The notes: a model not told the origin generated them from the letters alone. A DNA stretch of 64,000 nucleotides from Mobula hypostoma (GCF_963921235.1 NC_086109.1:37264001-37328000); one strand, 5' to 3'. Shown: positions 1 to 13,354, counted from the stretch's first letter. A program made the numbers and translations.

Positions 1-1
1 C

Positions 2-80
2 CAGGGGTTCCTACCCATTTTTATGCCATGGACTCCTAACGTCAACCTAGGGGTCTATGGACCCCAGATTAGGAAACCCT
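2..80. mobile_element. Short hAT-type MITE (~80 bp palindromic)
   Basis: Imperfect inverted termini CAGGGGTTCCTA...TAGGAAACCCT with internal CCATGGACTCCTA/TAGGGGTCTATGG. The left TSD lies outside the window. Confidence 0.55.
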
Positions 81-99
81 ATGTGGTGACAACAGTAAC

Positions 100-1330
100 A
101 GTCCAGAAACAGTTGGTGTTTGTCTCTGTGCATGCTCCTGGAACACAGAACATGGTCTTCCACAGATAGTTGCAATGTGCTTTGAGAGAGAGAATTTTAT
201 CTCTTTCTAAATTTTCTCAGAAAATGAGCTTTTCAAATATAGCTGGTTGACGATTTCCTCTCCAATGCAGCCATCTTGAGGGTAGAATGCTGCAGTGCTG
301 AGTCGCAGATGTTCAGGAGTGATCTGATGAACCTTCTCACCACCAGCCAGACATGGTCGAGGTGCTTGCTTGAAGACTGTCATGATGAGACATCTATATA
401 TAGTCTTGGCAGTCGAATCAGGAAACAATTCAATAGGATCCACAATCTCCTTTTACTGTAGAGCCTCTGGGACCTTTTGTGGGTGCCATTATGTGATTGA
501 CTTAAGGTTAAGAGTGTTATTTTGCAGAATTTTTCTACAAGGTCCATGGGGGATGGCATAGTGGAGAGAAGGTAGGTTTTGTGGCAATATGGCCAGATCC
601 AGCCCACACAAAGAGCGAGGACAATAGGATGTTGGCATGGAGTACTTGGCACTTGTGTGCCCTGGTTCTTTGCACAGCTTGATGCAGCCACACAGAAAAT
701 GTATCCCCACCCCAACCCAACCTCACCTCCACTCCTACCCTTAGTCTAGTAATTTGTACATATGCTTTTAATGTCCAGATCATCTGGAGAATGGAGACAC
801 AAGAGTCTAAGGGTGCTCGAACACAGAACAAAACAGAAAGATTCTGAAGGAACTGGAGAATGGATTGGATGGAAGCTATATTGCAGCAGCCAAGTTTGGC
901 CCATTGCCATTTTGATTGCAGCTCGCTCCTGATGAACAGGTTCTTTCTCGCAATGGATAGAGATTGGCATTGGCACTCCTCCAGATTCTGTTTCACAATG
1001 GCAACATGCTTCACCAAGTACCTGGTACCTACCTGGTTCTTCACAACCATGTTACTGGCACCTGGAGCTGGATATCCCCTGAAGGATACAAAGGAATGCT
1101 TAGTTCAGTTGTCAAACAAAATCCTCACTTTTGCTGAGACAAGCCCAGCCCTAGAGACAAATTCAAACATATCACTGATGTACATCGACTTTCAGATCAA
1201 CAGTGGGTCCAACAAGAAGGTGCCAACATCATCTGTATGCAGGGAGGTTTTAACTTAGCACTTTCATTGCCTGGATTGTAACATCTATTATCTCTGCTAC
1301 CTTCCTGGATTCTTCAGAACTCAAAAACAA
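100..1330 (-). mobile_element. Degenerate Tx1/L1-clade LINE ORF2 fragment (post-RT region)
   Basis: Frameshifted minus-strand peptides QSLSIARKNLFIRSE, LCGCIKLC..P, LVEKF and MDPIELFPD resemble the C-terminal half of Tx1-like ORF2. Confidence 0.65.
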
Positions 1331-1729
1331 ACATAGGAGAAAGAGTAACCTTGCATAATTCCAGTTTCAATCATTTCCCACCCACTGATTAGAACTGTGT
1401 TACCAATATAGAGCAGCTATATTGCCTGGAGTCATTGAGAATCCAACATGTCCTGTTTCATTTCATGGTCTTAGGTGCAAGACACCACAATAGCCTCTTA
1501 AGATCCATTTTGCTCTAGTCATTAGTTACTGCAGAGAAAGCAATAGACACCAGATATTAATGTAATGGTTCAGTGCATCAAAACAGAGTGAATTCAACCA
1601 CTCTCCATGTATTCTTCCCTTCTGTCATCCTCTTTTAGTAAGTTATAAATGTTCATCCAAAGTTATATTTATCCCAGAAAATAGAATTTAGGGCTCTGTG
1701 TGTAGCATCTACTCTGTGTGGACAACATG

Positions 1730-2270
1730 GAAGCATAGTAGTTAGCATAACACTGTGGGGCCAGTGATTGGCAGATCAGGGTTCAATACCCTTGGCACGA
1801 TGGTAATGTAGTGATTAGCATGACACTGCTATAGCTTGGGGTGTTCCAAAGCTCAGAGTTCAATTCCAGCCCCATTCTGTAAGGAATTGCTGTACATCTT
1901 CCCCGGGGGCTTCAGTTTTCTCCCACAGTTCAAACTAGGTATACCGGGTAGGTACTGGCCATTTTAACTTGTCCTGTGGTAAGGTTAGGGTTAACTGGGG
2001 TTGTGAGGTTGTAGGGTTTACTCTGTGCTGTATTGCTACGTTAATTAATTCCCACCACTGTCTGTAAAAAGATGGTATCTTCATCAAGTGGCTTCATGGG
2101 TTTCTTCGGGATCTTCTGGTTTCCTCCTACATTCCCAAAGTTGAACAAATTAGGATTAATAAATTGTGGTTATGCCATACTAGTGCCACAAGCACAGTGA
2201 CACTTACAGGCAGCCTCCTGCAAATCCTCAGAGTATGTTGGTCACTGTACAGGTGACAAATAAAGCTAAT
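1730..2270 (+). mobile_element. Nested tRNA-derived SINE copies
   Basis: Two A/B-box-like heads (TAGTAGTTAGC..GGTTCAATAC; TAGTGATTAGC..GAGTTCAATTCC) and a GGTTTCCTCCTACATTCCCAAAG core. Confidence 0.6.
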
Positions 2271-3739
2271 CTTTATCATTTCCAGTAAGTGCCAATGTAA
2301 TAGTGCATCCCTTGACATGGATAGATTGGAATGAATCAAGTTGTTAAACTTGGTGCTCTCTGCTATCAAAAATGCTTTCTACTCATCCTGGAATTAAGTT
2401 ATACGTGCCAAGGAAGAGAACATCTGCCGATGAATCCCAGAAGAACAATATACATGATGGAGCTGTCAGATTTAAACTAAACAATCTGACAGACTGTAGC
2501 TGAAGTGAAATGATTGGATTGCTGATGGCCTACACTGCTGAAATCAAGTTACAACTGTAACAGTTTTTGCTAATTGCAATTATAATAGCAGAATACATAC
2601 GTTGTGAATAATTTTCACTTTAGTATCTGAACATAATATACACCCACTGATTGCTGGCACATTTCTGAAATGTGATGTATTGTCATACCGTCTTTCCTGC
2701 CTCACTAGCTTGATCCTGAGATTTGTTTGGATAACATCAACATTGAAAAAATCTTGATTTATGACTTTATTAGGGCAGCTAAAAAAAACAACTTTCTGTT
2801 CAACTGAAGATATGCCTACATGGAATATGTGGCAATCAATATGGCTTAATTACACAAAATGGATAGGTAGACCCACAATCACTGCAGATGGTCATTCTGA
2901 GTTGATTGTTGGTAAGCTATATTAATTTATCAGATCAGTGCTCTCTTCCATCTGATTTCAGTACCAAGTCAACCTGGTGATCTTTTTATAACGTCAAGAT
3001 GGCATGACCAGGATTGTTGCTCTTTGTTTCTAAACTGCCCACTCACCCGTCCTATTCTACCCTTCCTGAGAGTCCGTGGCAGAGGCTATGGGTCTTCTCT
3101 TTGCTTCATCAGCTACCTCAGAATCCAAAGAAATGCATGCCCAGGAGAATTCTTAAGAAGACCATGACCTTTTCTCTTTTTCCTTAGGGCATTCACAAAG
3201 CATGGTCCATTTTTATTGACCAGTTATAACTTCTGTATTGGACACATGAATTTCTTTGACCAGTTTCCTTCATGCACATTAACTTCGCAGTCCTCATGTT
3301 GGATATCATTCAACCCAATTTAAAGGGCAAATGTTTCTGATTCAGTGTCACTTGCTGGTGCTACTGTTCAGCCTGAAGAAGGAGCTCACTATCTGACCCA
3401 ATGAATGATTAGCCCACACTTATATCTTCCAAGGCACAAGCTGCAGTAGAGATGACTACTCCAGATCAATCCCCACCCCTCCAAGTGTACATAAATCCTT
3501 TCCCTAAATTCAATTAAACAAGGCATGTGCACAATAATAAGTCCAAGTGAGCATCAAAACAAATGAATGCGACCACAGTGAATCCTGGCTGAGCCCCCAA
3601 TGTTCTGACTATCTAAAACTGAGCTACACAGAAGCTTGAACTGGGAAATACTAAAGTCTTCATTCACACAGTAAACTTTCAGAAAAAAGACTCCAAACAA
3701 ATCAAAGAGAATTCCACCCTCCTGGCACAATGTTTCATG

Positions 3740-5172
3740 CACTCCATGGCCACAGTATTAGGTACACCTGTACATTTACCCGATAAAGGCACTAAAGGGC
3801 GCCTCCTTTGCTTTCATCTTTGGAAACAGCTCTATTTCCATCTTTAATATCGCAAATAGGAGGAAATCTGCAGATGCTGGAATTTCAAGCAACACACATA
3901 AAAGTTTTTATGTGTCCATCTTTAATATCTTTATTTTTCCCTTTCAGGGTTCTTTTGAAGACCCTGATCTGGAGTTACGCACTGACTACAGCTCTTTGCT
4001 GGAATAGAACCTGCTCTCAGGGTTTCATGACTGGCTGTTGTTTGGCACAGCAAGGGCTCGGCCTAAGTATCTGGCTCAACTTTGGAAGTCCAGGATCTCA
4101 GGGCTCTGGAGACGGACAGATCAAGGGCCGGTGTCATGACTGGAGACCCGTGTGTCATCGGGGGAGTCAGAATATCTGCGGCTGTGTGACCAGAGACTCG
4201 TGATCTTTGAGCACTGAGCTCGATAAAAGCAATGCGGTGGACTTCTAACATTGTAAACCAGTGATTTGTTTGTTATGTCTCCCCACTCTCTGTGAAAATG
4301 GAGAGACCACCTTCTCCCTTATTAGGGAGAGAAAGAGCCTGTGATATGTCGAATATCGGGTGAACAATGTAGTCTTTGGGGTAACTGCAAGTCTGTGTCT
4401 TTACTGTTGCTTCCTCACGCTTGAGTGCTCGGTGGCAGGTGCCAATGCTGCTTTTTTTTGACAGTGGAGGGAGTGGGGATTATTGCTTGCTGCCGCTTAT
4501 ACATGGGAGGTGGGGCTGGGGGGACTTTGGAGCTCTAGCAATTGACTGTCATTCATTCTTTGGGGTACCCATCTGTTTCCTTGGATGGTTGTGAAGAAAA
4601 AGTATTTCAGGATGTATTGTGTATACATTTCTCTGACATTAAATGTACCTTTGAAACCTTTAAAACCTTTGTAATGCAAATATCTAATCAGCCAGTCATG
4701 TGGCAGCAACTCAATACATAAAAGCATGCAGGCATGGTCAAGAAGTTCACTTGTTGTTCAGACCAAAATGCAAAATGAGAAGGAACTTAATCTAAGTCAC
4801 TTTGACCATGGAATATTTTTGGTGCCAGATAGGCTGGTTTGAGTATCTCAGAAACTGCTGATCTCTTGGGATTTTAATGCATAACAGTCTCTAGAGTTTA
4901 CAAATAATGATGTGAAAAACAAATTAAAAACATCCAGTGAGCAGCAATTTTGTAGGAGAAAATGCCTTGTTAATGAGAGAGATCAGAGGAAAATGGTTGA
5001 AGCTGACAAGAAGGTGACAGTAACTCAAGTAACCAAATGTTACAACAGTGGTGTGCAGAGAGCATCTCTGAATGCACAACATATCGACCTTGAAGTGGAT
5101 GGGCTACAACAGCAGAAGACCATGAACATTCAGAAACACACTCAGTGGACACTTTATTAGGTACCTCCTGTA
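3740..5172 (+). mobile_element. Tc1/mariner-derived element interrupted by a retroposon
   Basis: Ends resemble CACTCAGTGGCCACTTTATTAGGTAC. Transposase N-terminal remnant (RKCLVNERDQRKM..ADKKVTVTQVT..YNSG). Same family as the copies at 15436 and 33243. Confidence 0.8.
3790..4670 (+). mobile_element. Non-autonomous retroposon, same family as 42550-43169
   Basis: Shares TTATTAGGGAGAGA.AGAGCCTGT.ATATGT.GAAT and GTCATTCATTCTTTGGGG with 42550-43169 and has a short-repeat 3' tail. Confidence 0.65.
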
Positions 5173-5761
5173 ATTCTTCAGTACAAAGACAGGCTTTGAG
5201 TACAAAGTCTAGACACCCACAATATATCCCTTTTGTTACTGTGTGGAAGAATGCCCATGTCATCCATTGGTTGGTTTCACTAGCCACGAAGTATCTGTAG
5301 AAAGTTAAATTGTGCAAAGGTTTTATTTCCTAAAGACTAGTTAATCCATAATTCCATAACTCCAAAATGATCCCTAACAACCATTATCTCTTCTCCTCCT
5401 TATTTTCCCTCTTCTTCTACCTTTTCTCCTGGGTTCACAAAAGCTCTCAGTAGTCCAAACAACTTATAAGCCACTCTAAAGCCTGTAAACAAAGTTATGA
5501 GCTGTAAAATTTTACTTAGTGTGTGGTTTTGTTAGTCTCTTTCACATTGAGTTACCACTTTGCATGATTAAAACCACAAAGGCAGTTACATTCCTATGAT
5601 CCAACTGGGAATTAGCTCAATGCATTTCTGAAGGAAAAAGGAAAACACTGGAACTGCTTGGCTCATCACAGGACACCCATGGAGACAGAAAAGTACTTAG
5701 CATATCAAGCTGATGACCTATTATCAGAAATACAAAAAGTTGAAAATGTGCCTGTTTCAAA

Positions 5762-8036
5762 CCCTAGCCATTGCTTTTCGAGAATCTAATGATACCTGTG
5801 GTATTTTAAGGAGAGGTATTACTCACAAAATCTCTCTTTACACTGATGATATATTGCTTTTTATCTCTAATGTTGAGACCTCGTTACCTTGCGTACATTC
5901 TTTACTCTCCCGTTTTAGCCAGTTTTCAGGATATAAATTGAATAAGAGTGAATTATTTCCTTTAAGTAATTTGGCATCAATTAATACTAATCTCCCCTTT
6001 AAGATTATAAGGAATCAATTCACTTATTTGGGTGTAACAGTCACTAAGAATTTCGAACCCCTGTTTAAAGAAAATTTTCTTACTTTATTGAACCATGTAA
6101 AAAGGATATCATTAAATTGGTCACCTCTTTCAATATCGTTGATTGAATGAATTAATTCTATTAAAATGAATATTCTACCTCAATATATATATCTTTTTCA
6201 GGCTTTACCCGTTTTTATTCCTAAATCCTTTTTTGATTCTCTTGATTCTATTTTGTCCTCTTATACATGGAAAATAAACATCCTCGATTAAATAAAGTTC
6301 ACCTTCAAAAATCTAAAAAGTCTGGAGGTTTAGCCTTACCTAATTCTAGGTTTTATTACTGGGCAGTTAATATACGATACCTTTTGGTTTGGCTATATTA
6401 TATTAATTGTGTAGACTGTCCGCTATGGGTTTCTTTAGAAGCTAACTCTGTTAATAAATTTTCTATTATTTCTCTTCTTGGATCATCACTTCCTTTATCT
6501 GTAAGTAAACTAACTGATAACTTAATAGTTAAACATACTCTGAGGATCTGGATACAATTTCGAAAACACTGTGATTTATTGAGATTTTCCCTTTCAAGTC
6601 CCACTTATTCTAGTAACACACACAAAAAATGCTGGTGAACACAGCAGGCCAGGCAGGATCTCTAGGAAGAGGTACAGTTGACGTTTCGGGCTGAGACCCT
6701 TCGTCAGGACTAACTGAAAGAAGAGATAGTAAGAGATTTGAAAGTGGGAGGAGGAGGAGATCTGAAATGATAGGAGAAGACAGGAGGAGGAGGGATGCAG
6801 CTAAAAGCTGGAAGGTTGATAATTCTAACTTTTTCTAACTTTATTTTTAAACCATCCATGACAGATTTAGTTTTTAAAGAATGGGGCAGGTTGGGTATTA
6901 AATGTTTTTGTGAACTATTTGTTGGAGGAAACCTTTTTCCATTTGAGCAATTGTCGCGAAATATAGCTTACCCAAAACTCACTTTTTTAGTTACTTACAA
7001 ATCAGTGACTTTCTATGATCTCAATTATGCACATTTCCCATAAGCTCAGATAAGAACTTACTAGAGGTAATTTTCAATTTGATACCTTTTCATAATGGTT
7101 CAGAATCTAATATTTATGGCATGTTACTGGAGACAAGGAATGTTCCTTTAGACAAAATTAAGAATCTCTGGGAACAAGATTTACAGACATCAATATCTGA
7201 GGAAACTTGGAATGAAATATTTAAACTGTTTAATACTTCATCGCTATATGTTCACCATTCGCTTATACAATTTAAGGTGGTACATAGAGCTCATATGACT
7301 AAGAATAAGCTATCTCGTTTTTATTCGGATATATCTCTCTACTGTGACAGATGTAATAATGGAGAAGCTTCATTAATTTATATGTTTTGGGCTTGTCCGA
7401 GTCTTGAAAAAAATTGGAAAGAAGTTTTTCAAACTTTTTCTTTACTTTTCAAAGACAGTTTTAAGCCTAATCCTCTGACGGCCCTATCTGGTATTGTTGC
7501 AGGACAATTTATCAAGCTGAAGACATCTGATTTACATATTTTGACCTTTAGCTCTCTTATAGCCTGGAGGGTACTTTTGTTTAAATGGAAAGATGTTTTT
7601 CCTCCTACTCATGCTCAATAGTTATATAACGTTATGTCATGCTTAGATTTAGAGAAGATTCGTTGTTCAATTTCTGAATCTCGTCAAGAATTTCAAACAT
7701 TGTGGGGACCTTTTCTGAATTATTTTCAAACCTTCAATTCATTGTTTGAATTCAGATGTTGGCTATTATTATTTTTTTATAATGTAAGAAGGTATTCTAC
7801 CTTTTCTCTCCTTAATAAACAGCTTCAGTCTTAGTAGGGGTTATTTTTTTTTGTAATAAATTAGTATATTTCAATATAACTATTGATTAAATTACATGAA
7901 TATGGGGTAATGAGATTGTTATCACAAATATATATAATGTAATTGGTAGTTATTTTTTATCTTTTTTGACCTTTTGTATATACTTTCTTGTTCTCTGTGT
8001 TCTTCTATGTAGAAACTAATAAAAATCATTGGAAAG
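5762..8036 (+). mobile_element. 5'-truncated L1-clade LINE (ORF2 RT C-terminus, CCHC knuckle, 3'UTR)
   Basis: HKISLYTDDILLF (YADD motif), KSGGLALP, CDRC..ASLIYMFWAC, AATAAA near 8018. 18-bp TSD AAATGTGYCTGTTTCAAA at 5744-5761 and 8037-8054. Confidence 0.92.
6675..6716 (-). ncRNA. Minimal type I hammerhead ribozyme motif in a Penelope-related repeat (6616-6820) inserted in the L1
   Basis: Minus strand cagttagtc-CTGACGA-a-GGG-tctcag-CCC-GAAA-C-GTC-aactg: catalytic core, stem II, palindromic ACGT stem III and a GUC cleavage site. Confidence 0.75.
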
Positions 8037-8280
8037 AAATGTGTCTGTTTCAAAGCAAGGCAAGGGAGGAGAGTAAATGAGATTGCCTTTCGTGAGTTTG
8101 ATCAGAGCTATTAAAAGAGGTGATGAAATAGGCAAAAAGGAATGGTAATAAGATACAAAAAGATAAAAGTTGTCTGTAGAGTTGATGTTAATAGTTAGTT
8201 CCTCCACATTAAGCAAATAAAATTGTTGAATTACAAGAACATAGGAACTTCAGAATTTGCTGCAGAACAAGACCATCATC

Positions 8281-8500
8281 AGCTGGCTGATAGCATAGTG
8301 GCATCAGCGCCAGACTTTGGAGCGAAGGCTCCCGAGTTCGAACCCAGCCGGCTCCCCAGCTTTCCATCCGTGCTGGGTTGAGCGTTGAGCTAGCAATTTG
8401 ACCTCGTAAAAAAGAAATTGCCTGCTACAGAGACATCAACAGAAAAAAGTTGATGACCTATGCTCTCTCGTGAGTTTAAAAGGCAACTTCCTTTTTTTTT
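8281..8500 (+). mobile_element. tRNA-derived SINE with oligo-T tail and TSD
   Basis: A box TAGCATAGTGG, B box GAGTTCGAACC, 11-bp TSD AGACCATCATC at 8270-8280 and 8501-8511. Related copy at 30824-31020. Confidence 0.85.
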
Positions 8501-9129
8501 AGACCATCATCTGTTCCACCGCTAAATCTTTAGTCCCTCAGGTATCGAAATATGGATTGATCTCACTCTGGAATATACTGAAACAATGAGGATTCACCAT
8601 TCCCTAAGGGACAGAACAATCCTTGGAAAAATAAATTGCTTATCACCTCAGAGCTATGAACAAATCCTTGAACTGAGACTAATACTGCGCTCGCCATTGG
8701 GATCAAAGAACCTTTTGGTAACTACAATGTTAACCCTTCTCAGAATCATGTGTGTCTCAATGAGGCTAGTTGCTATTCCTCTAAAATCTTATTAATATAA
8801 GTTAATCACGGATATCCAGAAGACCAAATGTTTTTTTTAAATGATGAACAAAATATTGATTCTGGAGCTCCCATGGAATTTCACAGTAACCATGTAGATG
8901 ACTAAAATGCCATTTGGTCAGAAGCTTAGCTGGAGTCAGGTTTGAAGACAATACAGTTGGCCACTATACATTTGCTCTCTACATGTACTGTAGTGCATCA
9001 TGAACAGTAAATATTTTACATTAAACTAAGAGAACAGAAGAATTGCTTATTCATTTCGATGGAGACTTTGCTGATCTGTGGGGAAGAGGTATACAGGAAA
9101 TAGTTGGATCTTCTTTTTTTGTTTTCATT

Positions 9130-10800
9130 TAGTTGATTCACTTTTCGTAACCTGGTCCTCATTGGCAAGGCCATTGACCATCCCTAATTGCCCTTCTTGA
9201 ATCAATAGTGTCCTGGTAAAAGTATTCCCACATTGAAGCCAGATACAGAGCTCCTGTGCTTAGATACAGCAATAATGAATAACCATTTCCAAGACAGGAT
9301 GGTGTCCTGTCTTCAGGAGAATCTGCAGGAGATGTACCCTGAGCCTCCTTAGTGTTAATAGGTTACAGGTTTGCAAGGAGCGGCTGGTGTAGTCTAGGTA
9401 AGTAAATGCAATGTGTTTTTAGAGGGCGCATATGCAGCCATTATGTTCTGGTGGTAGAGGCAATGACTGTTTATAATATTTGATGGGATATCAGTCCAGT
9501 AGGCTGCTTTCCCCTGGATGGAATGAAGCCTCTGGAAAGATTTTGGAACTACACTCGTCAATGCAAGTGAAGAGTATTCCATCATACTCCTGATATGTGC
9601 CCTGTGGATGGTGGAAAGGGTTTGGAGAATCAGATGGCAAGTTACACACCATGGATTACATACATCATAGAATATAGAGAACAGTACAATGCAGGAATTG
9701 ACCCTTTGACTCACAATATGGGTGCCAATCATAATGCCAAAATTCCCATCTGCCTTCATGTGATCCATATCCTCCATTCCTTGTACATTCATGAACTTGT
9801 CCAAATGCTTATTAAACATCAACATCACATCAACACTCTGCATGACAAACCTGCCTTGAACATCTCCTTCAATATTTCCCTTTCTCACCTTAAAACTATG
9901 CCCTCTGGTATTTGACATTTCCACCCGAGGAACAAGACTCTGAATCATTTACTCTACACATCCCTATCATCATTCTATAAACTTCTATCAGCTCTCCCTT
10001 CTGCCTTTAAAACTTCAGAGAAAATAATCAAAATCTGTCCAACTTCTACTTGTAGTTAATACACTCCATTACCTAGCCTTTGACTTGCACTAATGCCCAT
10101 TGTATTTATGTGGCTGGTCATGTTGAGTTTCTGATTAACAGTGATCCTCAACTTCTTGGTTGCGGGGGACCTATCGTTATTAAAGCTATAGAATGTCAAG
10201 AGTAGATAGTTAGAACTTTTCTTGTGAGAAATAGTCATTGCCTGGTCCTTCTGTGATGCAGATGTTTCAGCAATACAGTATGGTAACAGGACCTTCTGGC
10301 CCAGTGAACCAGCACTGGCTAGTTACACCCACCTGATTATAATGAGGCATGCCCAATACGGCTCTTAGTATGTCCCTCATCAAACAAAGATTATTCTGTT
10401 GGCTTGGTAGCAATGCATGAAGAATATGGTAAACCATTAAGTTACAGGTTGTAGTGGAGCACATTTGTACTGTTGTTGATAATAAATAGCACCTCATGGA
10501 CAGATGCACCTGCAAAAAGTACATTGAAGAGAATGGGTCAAGTAGATTTCTTCCTCCTCAATACTTACTCATTACCTGCCACAGACCCAGTTCTTCTAGA
10601 CTCGCATAATTTAGTCAGTAGTACTACTATCAAACCACTCTTGATGATGAACATTTAAATTTTCCACCCAGAGTACATTCTGCTTTCAGAGCATCTTCCA
10701 AACATTCTTGGACAAGAACTGATTCTTCAGCTGAGAAAGGACCATTGGCGGTTGTCTCAGGAAGGTTTCTTTGCCCATGTTTAATGTGAAAGGGATCAGG
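9130..10800 (-). mobile_element. Old L2/CR1 LINE fragments, nested
   Basis: SNTRGHSFKVR..F.Q.V (CR1 3' end, ~9660-10050) lies inside L2-like RSMMEYSSLA..SIQGKAA and LNMTSHINT. Confidence 0.7.
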
Positions 10801-11039
10801 CTCCTGCAGAAGGAATTGTATCTTCACAATAGTGAAAGGAGTAAGATGTATTTGTTTGCCATAGAGACAGCAGAAATGGCAGGGGATGAAAAGCTCTTGT
10901 TAGTTTTATAGAATCCTGAAAATTTACTTCTACTGGTGGTATGAAGATGCTTGCCAAACATAATAATATATCAACATTCAAACCTATGTAAGGAATACTC
11001 TTGTAAAAGAGTTTCCACATGCATAAATGATGTAAATGT

Positions 11040-11088
11040 CAAATGTCAAAACGGGACAAATTTGACCCAAACCGTATGTAAGGGTTAA
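11040..11088. mobile_element. Isolated piggyBac-like terminus
   Basis: CGGGACAAATTTGACCC subterminal palindrome followed by GGG|TTAA. No partner end found. Confidence 0.4.
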
Positions 11089-11720
11089 AATCTGCTAATT
11101 TTGCGTGCTGAAAATATTCAATGCCAGATTAAATGTCAATTTCCATTCAAAGGATTTCCAAATTCTTTAAAAGGCATCAAACCTTCAGATGTATGCAAAG
11201 GCAATTATCCTTGTAGTTCACCTGTCTATGCCCAATGGCTGTGCTTTGACATTTAACATTCAGCATTTTTTTTTGAGAATGCAGAAGTTTCTTTTCTTTG
11301 CGTAGAAGAGAGCCTTATGTCCCTTGGGAATGCCAACGAGTTTGAAAAGAGAAAAGGAATACGGCTGTTGGGCCCCGAAGGCCTCGTTTACTACACTGAA
11401 GCTCTCTACTTAATAGTATAATGTATCAACTTATTGTCACACAGTCTGTTGAAAGATTTAGTAGAAAATATTGGAATTAGATCAAGCAATCTGCTAAGGA
11501 ATTACTAAGTTTAATGCAGCTAGGTTCAACATAAAAAAAGACAATGAGGAATTGTGTAAAAGGCCCAAGTTCAATGCAGAATCTAGGGGGCACGTAACTG
11601 AGCAGCATTTTTCAATAGAGGAGATAATAGCAGAACAGTGGGGAACATTCAAAAATTATTTCAGTGGATGTATTAACTTTTCAAAATAAAGTATTTTTCT
11701 AACAGTGGTCAGAGAAACAT

Positions 11721-12230
11721 CATGAAACTCCTTTTTTACTGGGTTTCTCTAGAGATGCATGCCGTTAGCCCCTCGCTGACAACCACTGAATTCAGTGGTA
11801 AAAAAAATTACCTTCCTCAAATCCATATGTCTAGGGCCGGTATGACTTGGTTCCCACCAAAGCAGGGAAGTTGGGATGCATCAACCACCCAAACCTCGAT
11901 CTGTGAGAATACTGTGTAAGTACCACCCCTATGAAATTAGCCATCGGCAAGAAATAACAAATTGTACTCTGCTTATAAAGAAAGTATACTTACAAATCTC
12001 AGCTTTATCGAACAGTTAGCAGGAAAAAGAAAAAAAAATTAGAGAGGCCTATTACACTTAACCCAGTTCATATGTGCACATAAGTTAGAGCTCATCTTGA
12101 AGTTGTCTTTAACTCACGTGCTGGGCCCACAGTCTGCGTGAAAGCACACACCACCTTCTGAACATTGCTTGAAATCCATCTCAGATAAGCAAGCTCCCCC
12201 ATGGGAATATTGCCCCTTCGTCCTTGAACC
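11721..12230 (-). mobile_element. Partial LTR related to 12546-13354
   Basis: TGAAAC.CCTTTTTA.TGGGT.TCTCT..GTTA.CCCCTCGCT.ACA.CCACTG and TGAAAGCACACA.CACCTTC are shared with the next LTR. Confidence 0.6.
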
Positions 12231-12545
12231 TGGGCATCATAATCATACAAATTAAAGAGGTGCTCATTGCCAATGGTGATTCCCAATGCTCCAAGAGAAA
12301 TGCTGGACAAAGAATAACCATTAGTGCATGCATTACCACATGGAAGATCATTGTAAAGGAGTTGCCTTACTGAATATCTAATGATGCAAAATATCAGAGC
12401 AATGGACATTGTCACAGTTGACTCTCAGGAAAACAAAGAAATAATTTTCAATTACAGAACTCTGAACCAGTATTTGTAAGCACATAGATCTTGGGGAAGA
12501 CATCCACAGACCTTCTGCTCTCTCTACCAGTTCTATTATTTTCTC

Positions 12546-13354
12546 TGTGAAACCCCTTTTTATTGGGTGTCTCTGGTAATGTGGCTCGTTAACCCCTCGC
12601 TAACAGCCACTGGACTCCGCAGTGAGGAATCCACCTTTCTCAAATTCCATACTTCTAGTGTGTATAAGACTTTGGTCCCGCCAAATCCGTGAGGTTGAGA
12701 TGTCTCGCCTATCCAAACCACGGTTTGTGTGAATGCTGTGTGATTTACTGGCCTCCTGCAATCGCCTGTCTTACGCTGCATACAATTATAAAGAAAGTAC
12801 ATTTATGAATGCTACTTAACCAAAGAGTTATTAAAGAAAAATAACAAAAAAAGACCCATTATAATTAAACAGTCAAATCTGCACATAGGTTGGAGCACAT
12901 CTTCAAGTTGTCTGTATGTCTCACTGTGACCCTCGGCCTGCATGAAAGCACACATCACCTTCCAAACGTCACTCAAAATCCGTCTCAAACAAACAGGATC
13001 TCCCATGGAAGAATTTGCCCTTCCTCTTTGAAGCCATTTATCCGTACAAAGAACTTTGTGCAACAGAGACGGCATCCTCAGCTATCTTCCCTCCTGTCTT
13101 TTCCCAGCTCCCGCCAAAAGGACCTTAACCCACACCAGCGTCCATCCCAAAAACCTCTCCACCCAGCATTCACTAGAAGCTTTTCTCAATGCCACCATTC
13201 TGATTGGCTGACACCACATTCCTAAGCTGAACAGCAAAGCCCCTTATCTCAGCTCAAACCCAAACAGGCTGAAAGCAGAACAGACTGCTCTTACAGAACC
13301 GGTAAAATGAAAAACCTACAGCATAACAGTAAAAATCTTAACCAGGGCATTACA
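12546..13354 (-). mobile_element. Solo LTR (Gypsy-like)
   Basis: TG...CA termini (TGTGAAACC...GCATTACA), 4-bp flanks TCTC/TCTG, homologous to 60855-61427. Confidence 0.7.

Noticed and set aside
8263..8280. CAGAAC(G)AAGACCATCATC shared between the SINE target site and the RTE 3'UTR (41832-41850)
   Set aside because: Short match with no extension; probably chance.
8281..8356. tRNA gene
   Set aside because: A/B boxes are present but no clean cloverleaf, and it continues into a SINE body with tail and TSD.
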